This document shows, one piece after another, positions 9,869 to 19,186 of a DNA stretch of 64,000 nucleotides; position 1 is the first letter of the stretch; each line of letters opens with the position of its first letter. A program made the position numbers and the translations under genes. The stretch comes from an uncultured archaeon. GTDB taxonomy: Archaea; Asgardarchaeota; Thorarchaeia; Thorarchaeales; Thorarchaeaceae. Under the pieces are notes generated by a model that was not told the origin of the DNA, did not search any database, and saw only the letters and a program-made list of their open reading frames with translations. Location of the stretch: positions 46,470 to 110,469 of the forward strand of contig CAYWJO010000007.1 in assembly GCA_964458565.1 (NCBI GenBank). Direction: 5' to 3'.

Positions 9869-10210
9869 ATGAACGAGATAGCAACCCAAATCCTAAGCGT
9901 ACTTCGCGCTGCAGGTAGTAGTGGCTTGCTAATTGATGAACTTATAGACAAGATTGGCGTCGACGCAGATACAATTACAGAAACCTTAGACAAGTTATCA
10001 ACAGAGGGACTAATAATGCAGAAACAAGAACTAAAAAATGAACAACCCACGATTAGAGCACATATTGGCAATGAACCTGATGGAAGCAGCATGACAGATT
10101 TGAATGGCTGTCCGTGTTTCCATTGTCTCAGAATAGGCCGATGCGGTCTCAGGCAACCTGATTCTCCAGCTGACTGTAGAGAACTAGAGTCTTGGATGGG
10201 TTCCAGCTAG
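9869..10210 (+). CDS. TFE-beta / RPC34-like winged-helix plus Fe-S cluster protein
   Basis: N-terminal wHTH, C-terminal CPCFHC-x4-C...SPADCxxLxxW; located between gar1 and trm1. Confidence 0.75.
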   Translation: MNEIATQILSVLRAAGSSGLLIDELIDKIGVDADTITETLDKLSTEGLIMQKQELKNEQPTIRAHIGNEPDGSSMTDLNGCPCFHCLRIGRCGLRQPDSPADCRELESWMGSS

Positions 10211-10214
10211 GAAC

Positions 10215-10826
10215 CTATTCATTCTCCACACGCTTCTTTGGATTTGCTGCGAGGAGATATATTTCCGCGCTAGTTTGTCTTGAGGCATGAGGTTTTACTA
10301 ATCTTACAGATCCGAATTTATTACGAGTTTCCTGCAGGAATTGTTGAAATCCTGCACCCTGAAAGACTTTTGTCACAACTTTTCCTTTTGCTCCTAATAA
10401 TGTGATTCCAATTTCCAGAGTTATCTCTGCCAATTCTAATTGTCGTGCAACATCTAACTCCCAATGACCACTTACCTTCGGTGAACAATCTGATATAATA
10501 AGGTCTGCCTTTCCTCCTATCAGTTCCTCAACCTGGCTAATGACTTTTGGATCTGTTATATCTCCCTGAACAAATTTGACGCTCTCAATAGGCTGCATTT
10601 GGTCCAAATCAACCGCCACAATCTCGAGGCCTTTATCAAACTCGAGAAGTACCTGCGTCCAACTTCCAGGACTGGAACAGAGTTCAACTACTTTATCAAC
10701 ACCCTTGAGCAGATTATATTTTTCAATCAACTGTCTTAGTTTGTAGGCTGAACGAGCTCTATAACCATGTTTCTTAGCAGCCTGGTAGTAATGCTCTTTT
10801 GTTCTTGGTCGCCTTGGTCTTCCCAT
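10215..10826 (-). CDS. rlmE: 23S rRNA Um2552 methyltransferase RlmE/FtsJ
   Basis: YRARSAYKL, SPGSW, GDIT, KVFQG, ASRQTSAEIY. Confidence 0.93.
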   Translation of the reverse strand: MGRPRRPRTKEHYYQAAKKHGYRARSAYKLRQLIEKYNLLKGVDKVVELCSSPGSWTQVLLEFDKGLEIVAVDLDQMQPIESVKFVQGDITDPKVISQVEELIGGKADLIISDCSPKVSGHWELDVARQLELAEITLEIGITLLGAKGKVVTKVFQGAGFQQFLQETRNKFGSVRLVKPHASRQTSAEIYLLAANPKKRVENE

Positions 10827-12026
10827 TTATTCACTCGCCCTGTTTATGTGTTCGATAGTTTTTGCAATATATTCGATATCTGCATTGGTTCTAATTGCTG
10901 TTGGTCTGAAGTGGGTCCTACTCACATCATATCCATTGTTCCTTAATGCTTCTATGATATCACCTGTTTTTGGTGGTCTATTATCATGAAGATCACAGAG
11001 TTCATGAATATCAACATAGAGGTTATCTGTTAGATTATGCTCCTCAATCATCAGCTCCAATATGCGTATTGCTCTTTTTTCAAAAACGAAATCGTTTTCC
11101 CTGTATAGCTCACACGCGTTGCTCAATATCCTTTTGTCATACAAATTTCCAATCCAAAGTGGACCTGCTACTCTACCCTTACCTTCACATCTATCGCATC
11201 TGCTATGCAAACTTTTCGAATTTAACAATGATACTTTCCATCCACTCATACATTTTGGGCAGTAGTAGATGAACCCAATCTGATTCGCCTGTTTGTTGGT
11301 AGTTTTCCTTTCTGCATCTACTTTGAGCCATAATCGCACATAATGGTCTGTACTGAGAGAAATTAATGGGTTGATTGCTCGGTCATTCATTCCTGCAACA
11401 TGGTATATCAGACCAATGAGCAGACGTATTGCAATCTCATGCAGAAATGGTGCCTTTATGGAAATACCCCCATACTTTCTGAGTGCAACTCTTGGAAACA
11501 CTCCACATAGCACCGGCATATCTGTTGCTGTGACAGCCAATAGTCCGTTTTTTGGAACCAGTGATTGGATTGCTGCATTGATGAACACAGCAGGTGAACC
11601 AAACGGGTCGACGTCAACATAGTCAAATCGCTTCCCCCTTGATTCCGATAAAAGGAGCAATTTAGCATCCCCCGTCAGTACTTTTGCACGATGTTGGAGA
11701 TTATTATGTTCTATATTTTGTTTGGCAATTTTGGATGCTTCGGGATTGATGTCAAACATCAGGCCTTCATAATCACCTATTCCTTCGTTTAGGTATCTTA
11801 GAGTTCTCACTCCTGAGCTCGCAAGAGGTTCACAAAAGTTCTTGATGGGATACATTTGATTATAGGTTGAGAGAAACAGTACTGAGAGGTCTCGATTTAC
11901 TACCATTCGAGGGTTATAGAAGATGGGAAGCGAGGCTTTTGGCTGTGTCTTATTCTCACTATAATGATCAAGATCTGCACTGAAGAAGGGTGTTCTTCCT
12001 TCATAATACTCCTTGAGCTTCACCAT
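10827..12026 (-). CDS. trm1: tRNA (guanine26-N2)-dimethyltransferase Trm1
   Basis: IFYNPRMVVNRDLSV, SGVRTLRY, DVDPFGSP, TATD, GPLWIG, SRTHF. Confidence 0.95.
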   Translation of the reverse strand: MVKLKEYYEGRTPFFSADLDHYSENKTQPKASLPIFYNPRMVVNRDLSVLFLSTYNQMYPIKNFCEPLASSGVRTLRYLNEGIGDYEGLMFDINPEASKIAKQNIEHNNLQHRAKVLTGDAKLLLLSESRGKRFDYVDVDPFGSPAVFINAAIQSLVPKNGLLAVTATDMPVLCGVFPRVALRKYGGISIKAPFLHEIAIRLLIGLIYHVAGMNDRAINPLISLSTDHYVRLWLKVDAERKTTNKQANQIGFIYYCPKCMSGWKVSLLNSKSLHSRCDRCEGKGRVAGPLWIGNLYDKRILSNACELYRENDFVFEKRAIRILELMIEEHNLTDNLYVDIHELCDLHDNRPPKTGDIIEALRNNGYDVSRTHFRPTAIRTNADIEYIAKTIEHINRASE

Positions 12027-12078
12027 AGGTCTTCTTTCTGATAGAACCCTGTTGCATTAATAAACGAGTGGGAGTAAG

Positions 12079-12175
12079 TGTCATGGCCCGAAACCGCACC
12101 TGTCATAGAAAAGAAGCCGCTACTCAGCAAGTGGGGGAAAATGAGTATATTGGAGGCTCTTAGAGGACCATGACA
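12079..12175. ncRNA. Candidate structured RNA (three nested stems), unclassified
   Basis: TGTCATGGCCC/GGACCATGACA, AAGAAGCC/GGCTCTT and TACTCA/TGAGTA nested inverted repeats in an intergenic region. Confidence 0.4.
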
Positions 12176-12288
12176 TATCTCTGTTATCATAGCCCCTTTT
12201 GAAGTCCTAGTTATTTGTTCACAATCCACAACCTCTAAGTGGGATTAGATACCCATGCAAATTGAATACCATTTAGTGGTGGTAGATT

Positions 12289-12777
12289 ATGGCTACAAAA
12301 GTTAGAATAGACACACAATATGGTCCGATTCATGCAGAATTCTGGAATGATGATGCTATAAACACGGTCAAGAATTTCATCGTGCTTGCCCAGAGTGGTT
12401 ATTACGATGGACTGACATTCCATCGAGTGGTTGACGATTTCGTTATACAGGGCGGAGACCCAACCGGTTCTGGTAGTGGAGGTCCTGGCTACGCAATACC
12501 CTGTGAAACCCGAGGTCATAGACAGAAGCACGAAGATGGGTCCTTCTCAATGGCTCATGCAGGCCGCGACACTGGTGGTAGTCAATTCTTCATTGTTTTA
12601 AACAAGAACAGCACTAAGCACCTTGATGGTCGACACACAGTCTTTGGTAAGGTCACAGAAGGTTTTGACATTGTCCAGAAGATCAAACAGGGTGATAAGA
12701 TGCTAAAAGTAGAAGTACTTGAAGTAGACCCTGAGATTGAAAGTCACGAACTTCAGAAACTCAAATCTTGGAGATAG
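12289..12777 (+). CDS. Cyclophilin-type peptidyl-prolyl isomerase
   Basis: YDGLTFHRVVDDFVIQGGDP, SMAHAG..TGGSQFFI, HTVFG. Confidence 0.95.
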   Translation: MATKVRIDTQYGPIHAEFWNDDAINTVKNFIVLAQSGYYDGLTFHRVVDDFVIQGGDPTGSGSGGPGYAIPCETRGHRQKHEDGSFSMAHAGRDTGGSQFFIVLNKNSTKHLDGRHTVFGKVTEGFDIVQKIKQGDKMLKVEVLEVDPEIESHELQKLKSWR

Positions 12778-12797
12778 TTACATAGTCCACTTGAGGG

Positions 12798-13688
12798 ATG
12801 AGCTTGAGATACGGATTAGTCCCCCTTGAATTCAAACCCACTGTTGACCGAATAATCACTGACGGTAAACCTGATTTCTCTCGGTTCAACATTGTTGATA
12901 TGGTTAGAGATGCTGTACAGATTGAACACATTAGTGTCATAGAGGTCACGATGGACGTTTGGTATGTGATTCCTGGAGCTCTTACTCCTGATACAATAAA
13001 TCAGCTAGCAGAGCTCAAGGACGACTATGGACACTCCTATACTGCTCATCTTCCTCTCTGGTCTATTGAACTTGCAACGTTTAATGACCCGGTTAGAACA
13101 GGTGGTGTAAGGAGTATTGTTGATTCCATCAAACTGGTTGAGCCTCTTGAACCCGAATTCTACGTGTTACATTCTACAGGCTCACTAGCCGCAGAGTTTG
13201 CAAGGTTGGATTTTGCTAAAGAGATGGTGAACGTGATATGCACAGCAATGGCAGGATTTTCAGCTACAAGTGTTGAAGAAATTCTGGCCCAGAGTGAGAT
13301 AGACCCTCGACGAATTGCTGTGGAAAATGTTGAATTCCCCTTTGAGACAACTCGTGCAATAATTGATGAGTATGACCTGAGCATCTGTTTTGATACGGGA
13401 CACCTCTTGACCAAGTATTCTGGTAACGAGTCTGTACTTGAGTTCTATCAAGAGCACAAAGACCGTATTACTGAACTCCACCTGAATGATGGTACATATA
13501 GAGAGGTAGACGGGGTCCCTATTCATGCCGATCATCTTGCCCTTGGAACTGGAGAGCTCCCTGTAAGGGAATTTCTTCTTGAATTACTCAAGGATGACTT
13601 TGACGGACCTATGATCTTTGAGCTTACCGCTGAAGAGGCTCGTCAATCCTTACAGAAAATTCATGAAGTTATACCCGAGGCAATTTAA
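12798..13688 (+). CDS. TIM-barrel xylose-isomerase-like protein (possibly CbiR cobamide-remodelling phosphodiesterase-like)
   Basis: YTAHLP, VLH, AVEN, CFDTGH, LHLND, DHLALG, IFE metal-ligand pattern. Confidence 0.7.
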   Translation: MSLRYGLVPLEFKPTVDRIITDGKPDFSRFNIVDMVRDAVQIEHISVIEVTMDVWYVIPGALTPDTINQLAELKDDYGHSYTAHLPLWSIELATFNDPVRTGGVRSIVDSIKLVEPLEPEFYVLHSTGSLAAEFARLDFAKEMVNVICTAMAGFSATSVEEILAQSEIDPRRIAVENVEFPFETTRAIIDEYDLSICFDTGHLLTKYSGNESVLEFYQEHKDRITELHLNDGTYREVDGVPIHADHLALGTGELPVREFLLELLKDDFDGPMIFELTAEEARQSLQKIHEVIPEAI

Positions 13689-13761
13689 GATACTGTTCTA
13701 CGAGCGTGATTGCTAAGGCACATACTGACATAGCCCGAAACTCTGAGGACTGTGAACTATA

Positions 13762-14682
13762 ATGACTACCAAGATGCGCTCGTTTCATTGGAAGGATGAC
13801 TTTGAATTAGTAAAGTCCTTTCTAATTGAGACATTTGAGTTGACTCCGTACCACAACTGGATTCCTTCAAGACTCGAAAATGTAAGATTTGGTCCTTGTG
13901 GGCCCGAATACCAAGATGAAGAGGACGAATATATCAAAATTTGGGAGGAAATTACAGATTTAGGTACAAAGATAATAGCTGTATCCTATATGAAACCATC
14001 ACTGGAATGTTGGATTCATACACATCCTGATTACAAGCACGTTGAGAGAGAGATCATTCTCTGGACTGAGAATCATGCAAAAGAGATGAAACCCGATGCA
14101 GGTGAACGAAAAATCAGCTTCATCACGCGTGACATAGATGAGAAGCGCGTTTCACTATTGAACGAAATGGGTTATCAAGAGATTGAGCTATATGGAGACT
14201 TACAAGTACGCCCTACTGATTTACCTGCTCCTGATTATACAGTGCCTGATGGATTCTCGATCACACACGCTCTCATGGAGCAAGATTTTGAGAAATACAC
14301 AGAAGTACAAGGATCTGTCTTTCCACACTGCAAAAATATGACTAAGAAGTTGCTGATGCATTATGCTTCAGCTTCGTTCTACAACGCAGAACTTGATATT
14401 GTAGCTGTAGCTCCAGATGGCAGGTTTGCTGCATTCTGTACAGTGCGAATAGATCCCGTAAGCAAAATCGCTGAACTAGAACCCGTTGGTACAAATCCTG
14501 AGTTCAGGAAATTGGGCCTTGCGAGAGCTGTGGTACTAGAGGGACTACATCGTGTTAAGAAATACAATCCTTCCGCGATATGCATACCTGGTGCTGCAGC
14601 GACTGAGGGGGCGCGGAATCTCTACAAATCAGTTGGTTTCCAAATAATCGGTGGCGAATACCTCTGGAATAAGACGATTTAG
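13762..14682 (+). CDS. GNAT acetyltransferase (tandem GNAT)
   Basis: EPVGTNPEFRKLGLARA...LYKSVGF. Confidence 0.85.
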   Translation: MTTKMRSFHWKDDFELVKSFLIETFELTPYHNWIPSRLENVRFGPCGPEYQDEEDEYIKIWEEITDLGTKIIAVSYMKPSLECWIHTHPDYKHVEREIILWTENHAKEMKPDAGERKISFITRDIDEKRVSLLNEMGYQEIELYGDLQVRPTDLPAPDYTVPDGFSITHALMEQDFEKYTEVQGSVFPHCKNMTKKLLMHYASASFYNAELDIVAVAPDGRFAAFCTVRIDPVSKIAELEPVGTNPEFRKLGLARAVVLEGLHRVKKYNPSAICIPGAAATEGARNLYKSVGFQIIGGEYLWNKTI

Positions 14683-14844
14683 GACAGATTCTCTATCAGG
14701 AATACCACGATACCTATCTGTCTCTTCATGACATCATGAAAATCAAATTTGCCTAAAGTTATTGGGTTTTGACTGGCTTGTGAATGGTCAACGAATATTG
14801 CAGTAACGTTTTTATCGGAACGCTCTCCCCCAACTATCACCCAT

Positions 14845-14950
14845 GGGCCCGTGGCATAGCCTGGTGAAATCGACCACGGTCATTTCGGGTTTTTATTGCG
14901 CCGCTCTGATAAGGCGGATGTCGGGTGTTCAAATCACCCCGGGCCCACCA
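14845..14950 (+). tRNA. tRNA-Ile(GAT) with a D-loop intron (19/20, 14865-14892), CCA encoded
   Basis: GGGCCCG/CGGGCCC acceptor stem, CCGCT-CT-GAT-AA-GGCGG anticodon arm, clean BHB motif. Confidence 0.92.
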
Positions 14951-15017
14951 CTTTCTATTGAATTGAACCCAATCCTTTTTCACAAAGTACAACTCATGTT
15001 ATTTGCTGTTGTTTGCT

Positions 15018-15863
15018 ATGACAAAGTCTAACAATTTACCAGTAGTCATTGATATTAGCACACGTCTAACAATGGTTGGTTTTGCAGGAGAAGTAGCTCC
15101 ACGTTTCGTTTGGCCCACTGTTGTTGGATATTCAATAGATCATAGTATGATAGATAGTGATTCCTCAGTTCCTTACAAGATCGGCAAGTATGCATTAGAC
15201 TCGTTATCCCCTATGCTAGTCTATCCGTTAAAGGCTGGAATCATCGAAGATTGGGATGCAATTGAGGCTATCTTGGCATTTACTTTCAAATCACTTGAAA
15301 TCAAATCTTCTGAGAGTAAAGTTTTGATAACAGAATCAATATCTTCTCCCCCTGAAACTCACCAACATCTGATGCAATTGATGTTTCATAAATTCGGTGT
15401 GAGTCATCTCTACGTGACACTTCGACAGGTACTCGCTCTATATGCTGTCCGGAAAGGATCAGGTGTTGTCATCGATTTCGAGCCAGACTATGCATTAATC
15501 GTACCAATATTCGAAGGTCTTGCCATTCCACATGTAAAAGAAATCCTGAATCTGCCGGTCATAACGGGATTTGAGCTTTCGTTTCTTGCAGAACGATTAA
15601 TAGCTGCAGTTGAGAATACAAATCCAGACATCTACGATGATTTATACAGCAACATTGTACTTACGGGTAGTTCTACAACAACACCTCAATTCAGAGAGAG
15701 CCTTGAGAAAGAGATTGCTGAACGGATAGCCTCGGATAGAAACTTCTCAATAATTGATATTCCAGAAAAGCTCTACATGGCTTGGATTGGAGGGAGCAGG
15801 TTAGCAAATGTATCATCATTCAATGAGGTATGGATGAGTCGTACTGAATTCACACAGAAATGA
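15018..15863 (+). CDS. Divergent short actin-family protein
   Basis: VGFAGEVAPRFVWPTVVG, YPLKAGIIEDWDAIEAI, VLITE, VPIFEGLAIPH, LYSNIVLTG, AWIGGS. Confidence 0.85.
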   Translation: MTKSNNLPVVIDISTRLTMVGFAGEVAPRFVWPTVVGYSIDHSMIDSDSSVPYKIGKYALDSLSPMLVYPLKAGIIEDWDAIEAILAFTFKSLEIKSSESKVLITESISSPPETHQHLMQLMFHKFGVSHLYVTLRQVLALYAVRKGSGVVIDFEPDYALIVPIFEGLAIPHVKEILNLPVITGFELSFLAERLIAAVENTNPDIYDDLYSNIVLTGSSTTTPQFRESLEKEIAERIASDRNFSIIDIPEKLYMAWIGGSRLANVSSFNEVWMSRTEFTQK

Positions 15864-15917
15864 CCTGATCGACCGCAGTAGCAACAACTTGCATTGAATT
15901 CCATCTCCTATGGGATT

Positions 15918-18044
15918 CTAGAACATACCACTCAACCACTGGTGAATATGCGCAATAACAGGAAGGAAGAGTGTAGCAGTCAGGGAAATCACGACAAGCA
16001 AAGTATTGATTGATGGGCCTGCAGTGTCTTTGAATGGGTCGCCCACCATATCTCCACGTACTGAGTTCCGGTGTATTTGATCATATCGTGGGTGGTCATG
16101 GTCATACTCAGGAGACTCAATCATCTTCTTTGTATTATCCCAAGCCCCTCCAGCATTACTCATCAATAGGGCCATGATAAAGCCGACCAAGACTGCACCA
16201 CCAAGATATCCACCAAGCGCTTCAAGCCCCAAGATTGAACCAGTTAAAATTGTAACACCTATTACGATGATAGTAGATGGCATGAGTTCTCTTATAGCGC
16301 CAGATGTTGCTATTTCAATACATTTGTCATAATCTGGTTTTGAGGTTCCTTCAAGAATACCAGGATCTACGCGGAACTGTCTACGAATCTCTTCAATCAT
16401 TCGTCCTGCATTACGATCAACACCAAGAATGAGCATCGCAGTAAATGTAATTGGCACTAACGCTCCGATGAATGCACCCGCCAAGATGAATGGATCTGCT
16501 ATATTGACAATAATCTCTTCTCCAATGAGCATCTCCGCTGCTTCAACAAATGCTGCAAATAAGGCAAGAACGGATATAGCTGCAGACCCAATAGCAAATC
16601 CCTTTGTGATTGCCTTAGCCGTATTACCTGCTGCATCTAATTTATCACAAGCTATAATGGCTTCTTCTGAAGCATTCGATTGTTCAATAATACCTCTCGC
16701 GTTATCAACAATAGGTCCATAGCTATCAGAGCTCATGGTAAGTCCATTTGTTGCCAGGAGTCCAACTGCAGCAATTGCTACCGCATAAATTCCCCCCATC
16801 CAACCTCCAAGTCCCAGAGATGTTGTTGTCGAACCGAGGATGAATGATGCCACAAGTGCTACAATAACTCCAATTACTGAAGGTACGGCACTGAGAAGAC
16901 CGTATGAATATCCTGACAGTATGAGGTTCGCTGTGCTCTTCTCAGCATTTTCTACCATATTCCTTACTGGTTGAAATCCGAAGAGACCTTTATCATTTGT
17001 AAAGACATCAGAGGTGAATCCTATAAACACACCAGCAAGTAGTCCAAAGATTGCAGAGGCTGCAATTACAATATCAATTCCAAGAATGAGAATTACAGCT
17101 ACAACCAATACACCAAAGAGAATAGTTGTTATGTAAGTGCCTCTGTTAAGGGCTGGACCAGGATCATCCTGTTCATTAGGTCTTACCAAATAAACTCCAA
17201 TCACTGATGCGATGGTACCTAATGCTGCTATTACTAGAGGCAGGAGTCCAAAGGCGTATGGTAATGCAAATGTTGCATCAAGTCCTGCTCCTAGAAGGGC
17301 AGCAGCCAGAATTGCGGCGACATTGCTATCGAAGATGTCTGCACCTGTTCCAGCAACATCTCCCACGTTGTCGCCAACAGCGTCTGCAATTGCCGCAGGA
17401 TTTCTCGGGTCATCCTCTGGAATGTGCTGCTCGATTTTACCAACAATGTCTGCTGACATATCCGCAGTTTTGGTAAAGATTCCTCCACCTGCTTTTGCAA
17501 ACAGCGCCACAGTACTCGCGCCAAATGAAAAGCCTGTAATCATCTCCCATAGGAATGGGGCCGCAATTCCTGGAAATATCACGAACCACATCAAGTAAAG
17601 AGCTGATAATCCAACAAGAGCAATGCCTGCTATCATCAGCCCCATTACCGAACCCGATCTAAACGCTATCTTGAATGCAGGACCAAGCCCTCCTTCTGCG
17701 GCTGCAGCTGCTGTTCGTCGATTCGCTTGTGTTGCCACTGCCAGACCTATATATCCCGCTCCCATACTAGCAAAGGATCCTATGATGTATGAGATTGCAA
17801 TGGGTATTCCATAGTCAACAAAGACAATTGCAATGACAACTGCTAGGAACAGAGTAAAGAATGTAAGTATACGATATTGTATCTTAATGAAAGAGTCAGC
17901 TCCATCTTGTATCAACCGACTGACTTCATGCATTCTCTTGTCACCTTCATCCGCTCTCATAACTACGCGATATGTGTATAGAGCTACAAGGATGGCAAGT
18001 AGACCTGATAAAAGCGAAATGGATAGAAATAGAAGATCTGACAT
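15918..18044 (-). CDS. hppA: Membrane-bound H+-translocating pyrophosphatase, K+-independent type
   Basis: GGGIFTKTAD, EDDPRNPA, DNVGD, GNTAKA (Lys indicates K+-independent), GDPFKDTAGPS. Confidence 0.93.
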   Translation of the reverse strand: MSDLLFLSISLLSGLLAILVALYTYRVVMRADEGDKRMHEVSRLIQDGADSFIKIQYRILTFFTLFLAVVIAIVFVDYGIPIAISYIIGSFASMGAGYIGLAVATQANRRTAAAAAEGGLGPAFKIAFRSGSVMGLMIAGIALVGLSALYLMWFVIFPGIAAPFLWEMITGFSFGASTVALFAKAGGGIFTKTADMSADIVGKIEQHIPEDDPRNPAAIADAVGDNVGDVAGTGADIFDSNVAAILAAALLGAGLDATFALPYAFGLLPLVIAALGTIASVIGVYLVRPNEQDDPGPALNRGTYITTILFGVLVVAVILILGIDIVIAASAIFGLLAGVFIGFTSDVFTNDKGLFGFQPVRNMVENAEKSTANLILSGYSYGLLSAVPSVIGVIVALVASFILGSTTTSLGLGGWMGGIYAVAIAAVGLLATNGLTMSSDSYGPIVDNARGIIEQSNASEEAIIACDKLDAAGNTAKAITKGFAIGSAAISVLALFAAFVEAAEMLIGEEIIVNIADPFILAGAFIGALVPITFTAMLILGVDRNAGRMIEEIRRQFRVDPGILEGTSKPDYDKCIEIATSGAIRELMPSTIIVIGVTILTGSILGLEALGGYLGGAVLVGFIMALLMSNAGGAWDNTKKMIESPEYDHDHPRYDQIHRNSVRGDMVGDPFKDTAGPSINTLLVVISLTATLFLPVIAHIHQWLSGMF

Positions 18045-18157
18045 TGCGGGCTCCTGTTGAGGATTTTCAAACCATATTATAGACATTGCTATGCATCGGC
18101 TAATTACAAGCCGGACCATTTGGTATGCCCAACTTCAATGAATTGTAGTACGGATAT

Positions 18158-18177
18158 ATTGGAACACGTGTTCCAAT
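18158..18177. promoter_or_regulatory. Perfect 20-bp palindrome, candidate operator
   Basis: ATTGGAACACGTGTTCCAAT between divergent hppA and thioredoxin genes. Confidence 0.5.
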
Positions 18178-18235
18178 CCTAATTTTGGTATCTATAGTAA
18201 AACCAATCAATTTGTTTTCTGTCTATCATCTCGCA

Positions 18236-18691
18236 ATGAAAGACGAAGACGAGAATAAATTTGATTCAATCGCAAAAAAACTCGAAGCTGCACTTGAAGA
18301 CAAGAAAGAGGAGCTCGCTAATGGTGAATTAAATGAGATTGAAGATACAACAGGGCTTGAGAATATTAAGCGTCTAAATACTGCAATTATTGAATTTTAT
18401 ACCACAAATTGTCCCTATTGTAAACAAATGACACCTATTCTTGAGGAGCTCGCAGAGAGCTTCAAGTCAAAGGTCTATTTTGCCAAGGTTAACATTGAGA
18501 ACATACCCACCGTTATAGAAAAATTCTCCATTTTAGGAGTGCCAGAGCTCATTGTTTTCAAAAAAGGACAAGAAGTGGGGAGAGCTGAGGGTCTCCAAAT
18601 CTATGAAACACTGGATGAGTGGATTGATAGCATTCATAGAGGACTCAGACCAATGGGGATGATTCTAGGGCTTTCAACTAAAACGCGTTAG
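18236..18691 (+). CDS. Thioredoxin family protein
   Basis: FYTTNCPYCK, AKVN, GVP, FKKGQEV. Confidence 0.88.
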   Translation: MKDEDENKFDSIAKKLEAALEDKKEELANGELNEIEDTTGLENIKRLNTAIIEFYTTNCPYCKQMTPILEELAESFKSKVYFAKVNIENIPTVIEKFSILGVPELIVFKKGQEVGRAEGLQIYETLDEWIDSIHRGLRPMGMILGLSTKTR

Positions 18692-18706
18692 ACCCGACTA
18701 CTTTTC

Positions 18707-19129
18707 TTAATCATCAGCGGAGCTGCCTTCTATGGCAATATCTGATGAATCTGGCTTAGGATATCTTCCGCTTCGAACACGCCATCCATCATAGCAGATA
18801 TACAAGAATATCCCATAGAATATGATCATTGCAAGGTATAGTCCTACAACAATGATGAGCGACTCTGCTAATGGACCAAGAATTGCCTCAAGAATAATCT
18901 GAGGGAATAGCATGGTGACTAAAATGAGTGCGGTCATGGTTAGAGTTACAACAAACATCACAGGGAATATTCCAGCAGAGTGATGTGATGAAGAACAATA
19001 GACTTTTTTTCCGTCTTTCCAAGTTCTCTCTTCAACAGGAGCTCCACACCAAGCACATGTCATTTTTCCTTCATCTACTGAATCTGACTTATCTGTCAAT
19101 ACAATCTCCCTTACAATCTCTATGGCCAA
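18707..19129 (-). CDS. Zn-ribbon plus 2-TM membrane protein
   Basis: CAWCG...YCSSSH followed by two hydrophobic helices. Confidence 0.65.
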   Translation of the reverse strand: MAIEIVREIVLTDKSDSVDEGKMTCAWCGAPVEERTWKDGKKVYCSSSHHSAGIFPVMFVVTLTMTALILVTMLFPQIILEAILGPLAESLIIVVGLYLAMIIFYGIFLYICYDGWRVRSGRYPKPDSSDIAIEGSSADD

Positions 19130-19186
19130 TCAAATCCACATATCTCTTATGCTTCTAATCCGTGATTCAGGTACGTTTCGGTACTC

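Noticed and set aside
12020-12229. 69-aa ORF upstream of trm1
   Set aside because: No protein-like features; the region is better explained by promoters and nested stems.
14843-15031. 62-aa ORF in the track
   Set aside because: Overlaps tRNA-Ile; spurious.
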